Of a DNA stretch of 60,294 nt, positions 29,177 through 39,278 are shown piece by piece. Source of the stretch: Candidatus Hydrogenedentota bacterium (GTDB lineage Bacteria > Hydrogenedentota > Hydrogenedentia > Hydrogenedentales > SLHB01). Both the position numbers and the translations under genes were made by a program. How positions within the stretch are numbered: position 1 is the stretch's first letter; the number at the start of each line of letters is the position of its first letter. The notes below the pieces were generated by a model. That model was not told the DNA's origin. It did no database searches and saw only the letters and a list, made by a program, of their open reading frames with translations. The stretch is from the NCBI GenBank assembly GCA_045863335.1, contig BTVY01000046.1, positions 1-60,294 of the forward strand, read 5' to 3'.

Positions 29177-31088
29177 GCGCGTGCTTGGCGATGCGAGTCA
29201 CGTACTGGTTCTCGTCGCCTTCGGTCGCTTCCAGGGCAGCGCGAACCTCTGGCGTGTCGATCTCCAACCGATCGATCGCCTCCGCGGCGCGTAGACGGAC
29301 GAAACCGTTCGGGTCGTTTAACCCCGCGAGGAAAACCGGGATCGTTTCCTCCGGACCATCGACCGGGTGAAGTGCGCGCGCGGCCGCGATGCGCACGGGC
29401 ATGGCGGCGTCGGCCTTGGCGTTGCGTAGCGCTTCCAATGCGTCCGGTGAGTGCGCACCGTAACTCCCCAACGCCATGGCCGCCCAGAAGGCTACTGCCG
29501 AATCCTCCTCGCCTAGCGCACGAATAAGAATGGGTTCAGCGTCCTCACCCAACACGCCCAGCGTCTTGATAGCCCAGAGCCGCGTGAGGCGATCGTTGCT
29601 GTTCAATCGATCGACTAAGTCGTTGACGGCCATTCCGTAGACCGTTACCGCCGCATCGGATAGATGGTTGTACTTCGGAGCCGTGACCGTCCAGCTCTCC
29701 TCGCCGCGATGTTCCAAGCATTCTTCCAGCGCGAATTCAGGCACTGCGCCCAGATCGCGGGTCGTACGCATCCACGTGTTCATCGCATCGCGGAACCGGT
29801 CCAGTTTCTCCGCGTATTCAGGCGAGTCCGCGAGGTTGTTCAGTTCATGCGGATCGGTCTCGGTGTCGTAGAACTCCTCAAGCGGCTTGCGGTCGCGGAA
29901 GAACAATGTTTCCGGTCCCTTGAGTTCGCCCGCCTTCTCGACGCGCCGCATCTCCTGAAGGACCGGGAAACTCTCCGGGTAGGTCAGGTACTGGTCGTAC
30001 GCGCGATCCGGCTCGTAGTTGCGAATGTACTTGTACCGCTTGTCGCGCACAGCGCGTATGAGGTCGTAGGTTTCATCCATACGATCCCTTGCGGCGAAGA
30101 TGTACTCTCTCGGCGAGCGAGCCGACGCACCTAGGAACGGTATCCCCTGCATGTGGCCGGGCACCGTTACCCCCGCGCAGGAGAGCGCCGTGGGCCCGAA
30201 GTCGACGAAGCTCACGAGCCGATCGGTGCTGGTGCCTGGCTCGATTTGCCCCGGCCAGCGCACGATGAACGGAACGTGCAGACCCGAGTCCCACATCCAC
30301 CGTTTTGCGCGGGGCAGCCCGACGCCATGGTCGCCAAAAAAGAAGACGACGGTGTTTTCCGCGAGCCCGTCTTCTTCGAGTTGCTGCAGCACTTCGCCCG
30401 CTTGCCGATCCATTGAGGTAATCAAATCAAAGTAGTGGGCCCAATGACGGCGCGTGACGGGCGTATCGGGATAATACGGAGGCAAATCCGCCTTGTCGGG
30501 ATCGTGCGGCGGATCGACGAGTAACTTGCGCTCGCTCTCGCCCAAGTCGTCGGGCAAGGTCCCGATTTTGGATTCGTGGGTGATCGTGAAGTTGAACACG
30601 GCAAAGAACGGCTGATCCGGGTTGGGCCGGTTACGCCAGTGCGCCTGTTTGCTGGATTCGTCCCAAGCATTCTCAGGCACGGGAAAGTTGTAGTCGGTTT
30701 TGACGTTGTTCGTGCAGTAATAGCCCGCGTTGCGGAGGTATTCGGAGAAACACTTCACGTTCTCAGGCGGCGGATTGTTGCAGCGCATGTGGCAGGTGCC
30801 GAGCGACGTCGGATACATGCCAGTGATGAGGCAGGAACGGCTCGGCGCACACACGCCCGCGACGGAAAAGGCAAGATCGTAGCGAAGGCCTTCGCTCGCG
30901 AGCTTGTCGAGGTTTGGCGTGGTGGCTTCAGCATACCCGTAGCAGCCGAGATGAGGGCTGGTATCTTCGCAGGTGATCCAGAGGATGTTCGGGCGTGATG
31001 GCGCTGCTTGGGTGCGTTCCTGGCCTTGCGCAAGCGCTGTCGCCAGCATTCCCCCGCCCGCCGCGAACAAGAACGATCTGCGATTCAT
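29166..31088 (-). CDS. Tat-exported sulfatase with C-terminal HEAT repeats
   Basis: RRSFL; CAPSRSCLITG; GDHG; HEAT-like repeats after about residue 500. Confidence 0.9.
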   Translation of the reverse strand: MNRRSFLFAAGGGMLATALAQGQERTQAAPSRPNILWITCEDTSPHLGCYGYAEATTPNLDKLASEGLRYDLAFSVAGVCAPSRSCLITGMYPTSLGTCHMRCNNPPPENVKCFSEYLRNAGYYCTNNVKTDYNFPVPENAWDESSKQAHWRNRPNPDQPFFAVFNFTITHESKIGTLPDDLGESERKLLVDPPHDPDKADLPPYYPDTPVTRRHWAHYFDLITSMDRQAGEVLQQLEEDGLAENTVVFFFGDHGVGLPRAKRWMWDSGLHVPFIVRWPGQIEPGTSTDRLVSFVDFGPTALSCAGVTVPGHMQGIPFLGASARSPREYIFAARDRMDETYDLIRAVRDKRYKYIRNYEPDRAYDQYLTYPESFPVLQEMRRVEKAGELKGPETLFFRDRKPLEEFYDTETDPHELNNLADSPEYAEKLDRFRDAMNTWMRTTRDLGAVPEFALEECLEHRGEESWTVTAPKYNHLSDAAVTVYGMAVNDLVDRLNSNDRLTRLWAIKTLGVLGEDAEPILIRALGEEDSAVAFWAAMALGSYGAHSPDALEALRNAKADAAMPVRIAAARALHPVDGPEETIPVFLAGLNDPNGFVRLRAAEAIDRLEIDTPEVRAALEATEGDENQYVTRIAKHALTS

Positions 31089-31180
31089 GGATTCCTCCCT
31101 ATGGTTGACGAGCTTCGATTATGGAGGATGAATCGATTGGTGTCCAATGGAGTGCGTTAAGAAATGAAGTGGAGGAGGAT

Positions 31181-31216
31181 CAGGGATAGCAGGGACAACA
31201 GGGACGACAGGGACGC
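31181..31216. repeat. 9-bp tandem repeat x4
   Basis: CAGGGATAG CAGGGACAA CAGGGACGA CAGGGACGC. Confidence 0.78.
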
Positions 31217-31239
31217 GAAGGAACACAGATAGCCGATAC

Positions 31240-31283
31240 AAAGAGGGAGAGCGGCGGGACCCGTACCCGGGCCGCCGCCGCTC
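31240..31283 (-). terminator. Probable terminator of the pilin gene
   Basis: GAGCGGCGG...CCGCCGCTC stem followed by a weak pyrimidine tract. Confidence 0.5.
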
Positions 31284-31318
31284 AACCCCCGCTTACGCGC
31301 TGGGATTAGGAGCCTGGT

Positions 31319-31813
31319 TTAGTTCAGCGGAGCCGAGGTGGCGCCGACCGCGGTACCGTCCGCGGTGAAGCGAATCACGCCGGACTCGTCAACGAAATAC
31401 TGGCGGTAACCCGTGCGGCCCGCGGCAGCCGGGGTCGCCGTGCAGGTGTAGGCCGGCAACGTGGCGGCCGTACCGTTGGTCACCGCAACCGTGAACACAT
31501 AGCCGTGCTTCTGGCCGTTGCCAAGGACCTGGTCGATGAACGGGGGCGTCGCGCCGCCGCCATCAGGGTCGGCCAACTGGGCCAGCGTGCCATAGTCGCC
31601 CACCCCATCCGTGTCGGTGTCGACGAAGGCCGCCGTCTGGAACGCCACTTCACCCGTGGAGATGGTGCGCATGGCGCCCGCCGCGCCCGCTTCGTTCGCG
31701 CTCATCCGCGAGCGGAGCAGGTTCGGAATGGCGATAGCCGCGATGATCGCGATAATGGCGACCACGATCATCAACTCGATCAGCGTGAAACCGGATTTCT
31801 TCGATGCTTTCAT
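31319..31813 (-). CDS. Type IV pilin (class III signal peptide)
   Basis: KKSG|FTLIELMIVVAIIAIIAAIAIPNL; GGAGG RBS. Confidence 0.9.
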   Translation of the reverse strand: MKASKKSGFTLIELMIVVAIIAIIAAIAIPNLLRSRMSANEAGAAGAMRTISTGEVAFQTAAFVDTDTDGVGDYGTLAQLADPDGGGATPPFIDQVLGNGQKHGYVFTVAVTNGTAATLPAYTCTATPAAAGRTGYRQYFVDESGVIRFTADGTAVGATSAPLN

Positions 31814-31888
31814 TCTCGTACCCTCCAGAGTTCCCATAAACCACCGGCCCAGTGGGCCGACTCATTCCTCAACTTTCGCCATGGCCAA

Positions 31889-31904
31889 GGCAATTGGCGT
31901 GCCA
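31889..31904 (-). promoter_or_regulatory. Sigma54 (-24/-12) promoter of the pilin gene
   Basis: TGGCAC-GCCAA-TTGC, an exact consensus match. Confidence 0.85.
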
Positions 31905-31922
31905 TTTTCGTGGACAACTTCG

Positions 31923-31935
31923 TAAATTATTGACA
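31923..31935 (-). promoter_or_regulatory. Putative IHF site
   Basis: TGTCAATAATTTA vs WATCAANNNNTTR (one mismatch), just upstream of the -24 box. Confidence 0.5.
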
Positions 31936-32126
31936 CACAATGCGTTAGACAATTCGCCCATTAGAGACCGGTTCTACTTCAGGGCAAAAACACTGACGAA
32001 GACGGGTTCAGAACGACAATTCTTGTCACTCCGGGAGCCCCGCCGCATTGCCTTAAGCCCATCGATGTGGCTTGCCCATCAAACAGTTATAATGAGCGTG
32101 GGACGGTTCCCCGATGGAGATTGGTC

Positions 32127-33443
32127 ATGAGCAAAAGAGCGATTCGGTGGCTGTATGACGAGTTACCTGAATTGGTCCGGGAAGGCGTGGTCTCGCAGGA
32201 AACGGCTGACCGTGTACGCGCACACTACGGGGACGTGCCTGAGACGAATCGCACATCTATCGCGATAATGATTTGCAGCGCGGTGGGCGCCACATTGATC
32301 GGGCTCGGCGTCATTCTTGTGCTCGCACACAATTGGGAACAGCTTTCCCGACCGCAACGCGCCGTGTTGTCTTTCGCGCCGCTTGTCATTTCTCAGCTCC
32401 TGGTGGCGTTCACCTTGTGGCAGAAGCGCCAGTCGGTTGCGTGGTGCGAAGGGACGGGGACGCTCCTCGCGCTCAGTATTGGCGCATCCATTGCTCTCGT
32501 CGGCCAGACCTATCAGATCGCCGGCGACTTTGGATCTTTCATGCTGAGTTGGACCCTGCTCGCGCTCCCAATCGTATATTTACTGAACGCCAGTGTTCCG
32601 GCGGTGTTGTACATGGCCGGCATCACGGCGTGGTGCGGGTATCAACAATCGGAGCATGGCTACGCCGAAGCGTTCTGGATTCTGGCTGTGCTGATTGCGC
32701 CACACATCTGGCACTCATTTCGGCGGGATTCCTTCGGGATCCGGTCGACCTGGCTCTCGTGGACGGGTGCGCTCACGCTGTGCGTGGCGACGGGGATATC
32801 GCTTGAACGTTCGTTACCCGGACTTTGGATCCTGATCTACACCAGCCTATTCACGTTTCTATACCTGGCAGGCGTCGTCTGGGTGGGTTCGCACAGGGCA
32901 TTGTGGCGGCGGCCCTTCCGGAATGTCGGAGGCATCGGGATCGTCGCACTGGCGGTCATGCTGAGCTACGAGTGGCCCTGGGAGCGAATCGGCTGGAATC
33001 ATTACCGTACGGGGCCGGAATTTGACCTCATCGGCAATATCATGGACCTCCTGCTTCTCGTCGCCCTGTTCACCGTCTCGATGATTATGCTGGGGAGAAC
33101 AATTCGCGGTTCCGATCGCTTGTGCGCCGTGCTCGGAATCTCACCGATTGTCGCGCTCATTGGCTATGTCTTGAGCGCCACGATTGAAGCGCCGGTTCCC
33201 GCCATGCTTCTGTACAACGGATACTTGCTCGCGTTGGGTATCGGCATTACCCTCATCGGGATACAGGGCGAGCGGTTGGGAACGCTGAATTTCGGGCTTG
33301 TTATTCTTGCGGCATGGATTACCGCGCGCTTTTTTGACAGCAATATGGATTTTGTTACTCGGGGTCTGGTGTTTATCGTATTGGGAATCGGTTTCCTGGT
33401 GGCGAACCTGACGATGCTTCGCCGCAAAAGGAGGCACGCATGA
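32127..33443 (+). CDS. DUF2157-like polytopic membrane protein
   Basis: GATLIGLGVILVLAHNW, IALVGQTYQI; many TM helices; overlaps a GDYXXLXY gene, the usual pairing. Confidence 0.8.
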   Translation: MSKRAIRWLYDELPELVREGVVSQETADRVRAHYGDVPETNRTSIAIMICSAVGATLIGLGVILVLAHNWEQLSRPQRAVLSFAPLVISQLLVAFTLWQKRQSVAWCEGTGTLLALSIGASIALVGQTYQIAGDFGSFMLSWTLLALPIVYLLNASVPAVLYMAGITAWCGYQQSEHGYAEAFWILAVLIAPHIWHSFRRDSFGIRSTWLSWTGALTLCVATGISLERSLPGLWILIYTSLFTFLYLAGVVWVGSHRALWRRPFRNVGGIGIVALAVMLSYEWPWERIGWNHYRTGPEFDLIGNIMDLLLLVALFTVSMIMLGRTIRGSDRLCAVLGISPIVALIGYVLSATIEAPVPAMLLYNGYLLALGIGITLIGIQGERLGTLNFGLVILAAWITARFFDSNMDFVTRGLVFIVLGIGFLVANLTMLRRKRRHA

Positions 33444-34021
33444 ATCGGGCCGTTCTGTTAGCAATTTTTGCGATCGTGGCGGTGGCCCAACTCGCAGTAC
33501 CGGCACAAATGATCTGGTCACGGGAGACCATCATGGACGAGGGCGCGCTGTACAAGTTTCTGGCCCAACCGATCGACCCCTACGATCCCTTCCAGGGGCG
33601 TTATGTCTCGCTGAGCGTGGGCCAGATGCGAGCGCCGCTTCCAAAGGAATGGTACCCCGTTTACGGCGAATCGGTCTACGCAACGCTGGGCACCGACGAG
33701 GAGGGCTATGCGACGGTGAAATCAGTCACGCAGACCCCTCCCGAGGATGGTGACTACATCCGTGCTACCGTGCAATGGGTAGACGATCAAGGTCAGGAGT
33801 TGTCGCTGGATCTGCCCATCGACCGTTACTACATGAACGAGTGGGCGGCTCCGCAGGCGGAACGGGCCTATTGGGACAACCAGCGGCAAGAGGATACGGA
33901 TGTCTACGTCACGGTGCGGGTTCTGGCTGGAGAGATCGTCATCGGGGGATTGTTCATCGATGACGTGCCTATTGAAGAGTACGTGAGAACCATGGCCACA
34001 ACCGATGGAGGAAACCCGTGA
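33440..34021 (+). CDS. GDYXXLXY-family membrane-anchored protein
   Basis: [23 protein letters not shown]. Confidence 0.8.
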   Translation: MNRAVLLAIFAIVAVAQLAVPAQMIWSRETIMDEGALYKFLAQPIDPYDPFQGRYVSLSVGQMRAPLPKEWYPVYGESVYATLGTDEEGYATVKSVTQTPPEDGDYIRATVQWVDDQGQELSLDLPIDRYYMNEWAAPQAERAYWDNQRQEDTDVYVTVRVLAGEIVIGGLFIDDVPIEEYVRTMATTDGGNP

Positions 34022-35034
34022 TGAGCACGCTGATGCACGACAAACGCGTTCTGGTCCTGGGCGGACTCGGCTTTATCGGAAGCAATCTTGCGCTGAAATG
34101 CCTGGAACATGGCGCGCGGGTGACCGTATACGATTCGCTGATGGACCACGGCGGCGGCAACATCGCCAATCTGGACGACCATCCTGCGGTGCGCGTGGTG
34201 GTCAACGACATTCGCGACGTAAATCTGGTCGATAAGGCCATCCGCGATCAGGATTACATCTTCAACTGCGCGGGACACACGTCGCACGCGTATTCCATGC
34301 GCGATCCGTACCTCGACGTCAACATCAATTGTATCGGTTCGATGAACGTGCTGGAAAGCGTGCGCAAGGCGAACCCGGAGGCCCGAGTGGTCTACGTGGG
34401 CACGAGCACCCAGTGCGGGCCCATGCAACAAGAGCCCATGACCGAGATGCATCCCGAGTATCCGCTGGATATTTACTCAGCGAATAAGAGCGTGGCAGAG
34501 AAATACCACCTGATTTATCACCGCGCGCACGGAATGCGGACCTCTGTGGTACGCCTCGCCAATGTCTACGGGCCGCGCGCCAACATTCGCAGCAGCGATG
34601 CGGGCGTCTTGAATTATTTCATCGGCCTCGCCTTGCAGGGTATCGAGTTGACGATCTTCGGCGAAGGCAATCAGCGGCGCAACATGCTGTACGTGGACGA
34701 TTGCGTGGACGCGCTCATCAAGGTTGCCCTTGCGGATAAGACCGAAGGGGAAGTGCTTTTCGCGGCTGGTGATACCGAACACACGATCCAGGAATTCGCC
34801 GAGATGGTGGCCGAAGTCATTGGTTCGGTGGGCATCAAACACGTTGCCTGGCCGTCCGACTGGCGGCCCATGGACGTGGGCGACGTGTCTATCTCCAACG
34901 AAAAGATCCGCGCCTTCATCCACTGGATGCCGACTGTCGCCGTCCCCGACGGCCTCGCCCGTACCAAGGAGTTCTTTCAGGACCGCCTCTCCACCTACCT
35001 CGGCGAACGCCGCTGGGGCGTCATGGTGCATTGA
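34018..35034 (+). CDS. NAD-dependent nucleotide-sugar epimerase/dehydratase (extended SDR)
   Basis: GGLGFIG, YSANK, NVYGP. Confidence 0.9.
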   Translation: MMSTLMHDKRVLVLGGLGFIGSNLALKCLEHGARVTVYDSLMDHGGGNIANLDDHPAVRVVVNDIRDVNLVDKAIRDQDYIFNCAGHTSHAYSMRDPYLDVNINCIGSMNVLESVRKANPEARVVYVGTSTQCGPMQQEPMTEMHPEYPLDIYSANKSVAEKYHLIYHRAHGMRTSVVRLANVYGPRANIRSSDAGVLNYFIGLALQGIELTIFGEGNQRRNMLYVDDCVDALIKVALADKTEGEVLFAAGDTEHTIQEFAEMVAEVIGSVGIKHVAWPSDWRPMDVGDVSISNEKIRAFIHWMPTVAVPDGLARTKEFFQDRLSTYLGERRWGVMVH

Positions 35035-35039
35035 GCAAG

Positions 35040-35080
35040 CAAAGCGCCCGCCAGGGGAGTCCCGGCGGGCGCTTCATTTC
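35040..35080. terminator. Bidirectional terminator between convergent genes
   Basis: AAGCGCCCGCC...GGCGGGCGCTT stem flanked by A and T tracts. Confidence 0.75.
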
Positions 35081-35085
35081 ATCGA

Positions 35086-36240
35086 TTACGCAAGCGACAC
35101 CTGCATGGTACTTCGGATGATCTCCGCCAGATCTTCATCGGATATTGCGCCTTTGCAGTTCTGGGCGACCTCGATGAACTGGCGGTAGACGGCGTCGGCG
35201 GTGCCGTTGGACAGGTCGAAGCCCATCTCCCGCGCTTTATACTCGATGGCGCGGCGGCCGGAACTGGCGGTCAGGACGAAGCGGTGCCCGGATACGCCGA
35301 CCATCTGGGGCGGGACGTATTCGTAGCAGGCCGGATCTTTGATGATCCCATCCTGATGGATGCCGGAGCTGTGGGCGAAGGCATTTTCCCCCACGACGGG
35401 CCGGTTGGGTTGGACGACCACGCCGGTCACTTCGGAGACCCGGCGGCTCAGCGCGGCCATGCGCGTCAGGTCCAGCCCGGTGTGGGCGACGCCTTTCAGC
35501 GCGCACACCGTGCCTACCTGCTCGACGGCCGTATTGCCTGCGCGCTCGCCGACACCGTTTACGGTCACCTCGACTTGCCGCGCGCCCGCCTGAATGGCGG
35601 CGACGGTGTTGGCCGTGGCCAACCCCATGTCGTCATGGCAGTGGGCGCAGACCATCGCGACGCCATCCACGTAGCGGACCACATCGCCGATCAGTTCCGC
35701 ATATTCGCCGGGCATGGCGCAGCCGACGGTGTCGGGGATGTTGATACGCGTCGCGCCGGCGTCGACGGCGGTCTCCACGCATTGCCGCAGGAACACGCGC
35801 TCCGTACGGGTCGCGTCTTCGGCGCTGAATTGAACGACCTCGACGCGCTCGCGAGCCTGCGTCACCGCGCGCTCGATGGCGCGGATCGCCTCGGCGCGGG
35901 TCATACGCAGCTTCCGGGACAGATGGATGTCGGACACGCCCAGGAATACATGCACGACGGGATGGACCGCCTGAGCAACGGCTTCGCACGCGGCTTCCAC
36001 GTCGCCGGAGACGCACCGGGCCAGCGCGGCGACCTCGCAGCGCTCTGCCGCTTTGGCCACGTCTGCCACCGCCGCCTTGTCTCCGGGCGATGAGGCGGGA
36101 AAGCCGGCCTCGACCGTGGCCACGCCAAAGTCCTCCAGCATCCGTGCGATCTCTACTTTGGACGCGGCAGGGATGTGCACGCCGGGGGTCTGTTCCCCGT
36201 CGCGCAGGGTTGTATCGAAGATTCGCACTTGAACGGACAT
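35086..36240 (-). CDS. leuA: 2-isopropylmalate synthase, short form lacking the C-terminal regulatory domain
   Basis: DTTLRDGEQ, HCHDDMGLA, GERAGN, HSSGIHQDG; 384 aa; AGGAG RBS; Leu-rich leader upstream. Confidence 0.85.
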   Translation of the reverse strand: MSVQVRIFDTTLRDGEQTPGVHIPAASKVEIARMLEDFGVATVEAGFPASSPGDKAAVADVAKAAERCEVAALARCVSGDVEAACEAVAQAVHPVVHVFLGVSDIHLSRKLRMTRAEAIRAIERAVTQARERVEVVQFSAEDATRTERVFLRQCVETAVDAGATRINIPDTVGCAMPGEYAELIGDVVRYVDGVAMVCAHCHDDMGLATANTVAAIQAGARQVEVTVNGVGERAGNTAVEQVGTVCALKGVAHTGLDLTRMAALSRRVSEVTGVVVQPNRPVVGENAFAHSSGIHQDGIIKDPACYEYVPPQMVGVSGHRFVLTASSGRRAIEYKAREMGFDLSNGTADAVYRQFIEVAQNCKGAISDEDLAEIIRSTMQVSLA

Positions 36241-36376
36241 GAGTTGTCTCCTCTTACGTAAGTTGCTTGCAGAAAACGCATTAGAACTTCCGTAAGCATT
36301 CAAGCGCTTGGACATTGCCCGTTACACGAGCCCCATGTCCATATGACATCACCTCCTTTCGGTCGTCCCGCGGGAC

Positions 36377-36414
36377 AAAAGAAATGAGGCCGCGAGCGAT
36401 TGGCTCGCGGCCTC
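36377..36414 (-). terminator. Attenuator terminator
   Basis: Perfect 12-bp stem GAGGCCGCGAGC/GCTCGCGGCCTC followed by ATTTCTTTT. Confidence 0.88.
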
Positions 36415-36438
36415 TACCTAAAACCCTATGTGGGGAAG

Positions 36439-36528
36439 TTATTTAGGAAATTCGAGGCACATCGAGCCCGCGCCCTCCAGAAGGAGGAGTGGGAGAAGCA
36501 GGCTCTTGATATGGCTCGAATTACACAT
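36439..36528 (-). CDS. Leucine attenuator leader peptide (29 aa)
   Basis: MCNSSHIKSLLLPLLLLEGAGSMCLEFPK has 7 Leu codons in an 8-codon stretch and lies directly before a terminator and leuA. Confidence 0.8.
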   Translation of the reverse strand: MCNSSHIKSLLLPLLLLEGAGSMCLEFPK

Positions 36529-36674
36529 TGAATACTCTTTCTCTATTGGCGCAAGAGTACCACATGCCGCGCCCGCAATGCAACGCTGGCCCGACAAGTC
36601 ACAGACATGGTACAGTGCTTCCGCGGCGAATCGGAGGACAGAAGGTTGGAGTTGAGTGAGGAGGGAATCCCGCA

Positions 36675-39278
36675 ATGCCATTCATGATCAACGGCTTCGG
36701 CACATGGAACGTCGGAAGGAAGAATGTGCATGCGACGGTAAGTCAGTGCGATCAGTGCAGCTCTATCGTGACGCTCAAGTCGTACGATACCCGACGGTAT
36801 ATCATGGCGGTCTTTATTCCTGTCATCCCTCTCGGACGCTTGCGGGTCGTGAACCATTGCGGACGTTGCGACCGCTTTCGTGTCATGAAGTTGACGCAGT
36901 GGAATGCCGGGCTGGCGGAGATGCGATCCAAGGTAGAGGCGGCTATGCAAGAGGACCTCGACTCGGAGCAGGTCGTCGAACAGGTACTGGCCCCGGTGAT
37001 CGGTTTTCAGGATATGGACACTTTCGCACGGGTGGCGAGCCCTCTTCGCCAACGCTACGCGGGGGATCCGTATGTTCTGATGCATCTCGGCAACACCTAT
37101 ACCTATTTCAATTCCTTTCAGGGCGCGGAGGAGGCCTATAACGCATCCCTGAACGCGGGCGATTCGCAGGAATGCCGGGAATCGCTGGCGTGGCTTTACC
37201 TCCTTCAGGAGCGGCCGGACGAAGCGTGGCCGACGCTCGAACACATTCTGGAAACCAAGAATGGCGAAAAGGCCGGTCTTCTGTTCCATCTTGCCGTTTC
37301 GTACCAAGCCGTCGGGAAACATCAGCAGGCGATCAACGTCATCGACGAAGTGTTCGCCGCGTTTCCCGAATTGAGTTCGGCCAAGGACTGGGCGAAATTG
37401 CGGAATACGTCGGAGAAGAACCTGACTTCCGGCAAGCCGATCAAGAAAGGATCGATCTCGCAAGTCTACGAAGTTCCGAAACAACAGACCGGCCGTTGGG
37501 CTCTGGTTCTCGCGCCGATCGTCATATTGATATTGCTCGGTTTCTATCTCTTCGCCTGCGTGGAGGCCGCGAAAAACCGCGCCGTCCACGTTGTGAACGG
37601 GCTCACGATTCCTTATGACGTGCAAATCGACGAAACAACGGTGCAGATGCAACCCAACAGCCGCCGAGTCACCTACATGGACGAAGGCACGCATCGGTAC
37701 CGTGTGGATACGCTCAAAATTCCGGAACAGACCTTCGATTTGCACTCAAACTTCTTCCTCAGACCCTTTCAAGAGAATGAAGTATTCGTGCTGAACCCGG
37801 ACCAGGTGGCCATCCTGACGGAAGAAGACACCGAGTACATGGAACACGTGGATGACTCGGCCAGGTACGAGTACCGCATCGTGACGAACGAGGCGTTCTA
37901 CCGGTTTCACAATGTCCATTTTCCGTTCCAGGCGTTTCCGGATGAGCTGGAGATGGATCGCAACCGGGAGATGCGGCGGCGCGTCGATGCAGTATTGACC
38001 GAGTCGATATTCGACGTTCTTGGGATACTGGCGAGCGAAGGGGACGACGAGGCGCTCCTAACGAACTTGACCCGGCGGTTTCATCTGCAGCCCGAGGAGT
38101 CGGCGTCCAGCGAAATCTTGATTTCACTTCTTGGGCTGGACGAATTCACGCGGGAAGCGGCGTCCGAATTGGCGGCCCGGCCTCCGCTCATCGAAGTGCA
38201 CCGCGCATACCAGAATGCGGTCGACATTCAGCTGCCGGAGACTGATCTCCAAAGCGAATACGAAGCGCTACTCGCGGAGAATCCGGAAAACGGGGACCTG
38301 ATGTACCTACTCGCGAGAGTCACGGTCAATCCCGATAAAGCAATCGCGCTGTTCAAACAGGCCGCATCTCCCCCGTACAACAGCCAGTACGCAGTCGCGG
38401 CGCTGGCCTTCGACTCCCTGACCCGTGGATCGTTCGAGGAAGCGAAAGTACTTGTTGAGTCTGTCGACCCCGCTACGGTACGCGAGATGCTGTTTGGCTG
38501 GCTTGCCGACGAAGTCCGAATGGCATGCCAGGAGTACGACGCGATTCTCAACGGTATACCGCGATCTCCTTCGGGAGTGCCGCTGTCGGAGAACGATGCG
38601 TGGACGGACGTCCACTTTCGTACGCTGCGGGGAGATACAGACGAAGAGTTTGAGGAGTGGCTGGGGGCGTTCTGCGCCTATTTGCCCTCGATTGGTTACG
38701 AAAAGGCAGGGATCGATCAGTTTCGAGAGGTTTTGCGCAGCCAGCGCATGTACGCTGCCGGAGACCTTGACACCTATTTCGCGACCGTCGATACGGAAGG
38801 CGACCCGCAGTTGGCGTTTGAACGCGCACTGCACGAGGGTAACCTGGATGCGGCCTCGGCCTTGCTTAGTGATGAACAACTGGCGACGGACCCGATCAAC
38901 CATCTCACCCTGTTTCTATGCGCTGCCCAATCGGGTAAGCAGGACCTGGCCGAGACGCACCTGGCAATGGGTGCCGATCTATTGGGCGACGGCGACAATG
39001 AATCGCGAGACCACGCAGCCATGTTGAAAGGGGAAACGCCGCTGGACGTGGAGCGCGCACTCCGAACCGGTACCATTCCGCTCACGAAACGCGTGGTGCT
39101 CGCCGCATTGGGCGCACGTTTCCCGGAACATGCAGCACCGCTCCACGAGCTTGCGCGGAAGCTGAACTACAGCAGGACGTTCCCGTACTACGTGCTTGCC
39201 GGCGCGCTCGCCACGCCCGAACCGGCTATCCCGGCGGCTCCGGATCTGACTGCTGCTCCAACCGCATCGGCGGAATGA
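36675..39278 (+). CDS. Bitopic membrane protein: N-terminal zinc ribbon, TPRs, one TM helix, large external TPR-containing region
   Basis: CDQC...FIPVIPL...CGRC; TPR-like helices; TM WALVLAPIVILILLGFYLFA. Confidence 0.7.
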   Translation: MPFMINGFGTWNVGRKNVHATVSQCDQCSSIVTLKSYDTRRYIMAVFIPVIPLGRLRVVNHCGRCDRFRVMKLTQWNAGLAEMRSKVEAAMQEDLDSEQVVEQVLAPVIGFQDMDTFARVASPLRQRYAGDPYVLMHLGNTYTYFNSFQGAEEAYNASLNAGDSQECRESLAWLYLLQERPDEAWPTLEHILETKNGEKAGLLFHLAVSYQAVGKHQQAINVIDEVFAAFPELSSAKDWAKLRNTSEKNLTSGKPIKKGSISQVYEVPKQQTGRWALVLAPIVILILLGFYLFACVEAAKNRAVHVVNGLTIPYDVQIDETTVQMQPNSRRVTYMDEGTHRYRVDTLKIPEQTFDLHSNFFLRPFQENEVFVLNPDQVAILTEEDTEYMEHVDDSARYEYRIVTNEAFYRFHNVHFPFQAFPDELEMDRNREMRRRVDAVLTESIFDVLGILASEGDDEALLTNLTRRFHLQPEESASSEILISLLGLDEFTREAASELAARPPLIEVHRAYQNAVDIQLPETDLQSEYEALLAENPENGDLMYLLARVTVNPDKAIALFKQAASPPYNSQYAVAALAFDSLTRGSFEEAKVLVESVDPATVREMLFGWLADEVRMACQEYDAILNGIPRSPSGVPLSENDAWTDVHFRTLRGDTDEEFEEWLGAFCAYLPSIGYEKAGIDQFREVLRSQRMYAAGDLDTYFATVDTEGDPQLAFERALHEGNLDAASALLSDEQLATDPINHLTLFLCAAQSGKQDLAETHLAMGADLLGDGDNESRDHAAMLKGETPLDVERALRTGTIPLTKRVVLAALGARFPEHAAPLHELARKLNYSRTFPYYVLAGALATPEPAIPAAPDLTAAPTASAE

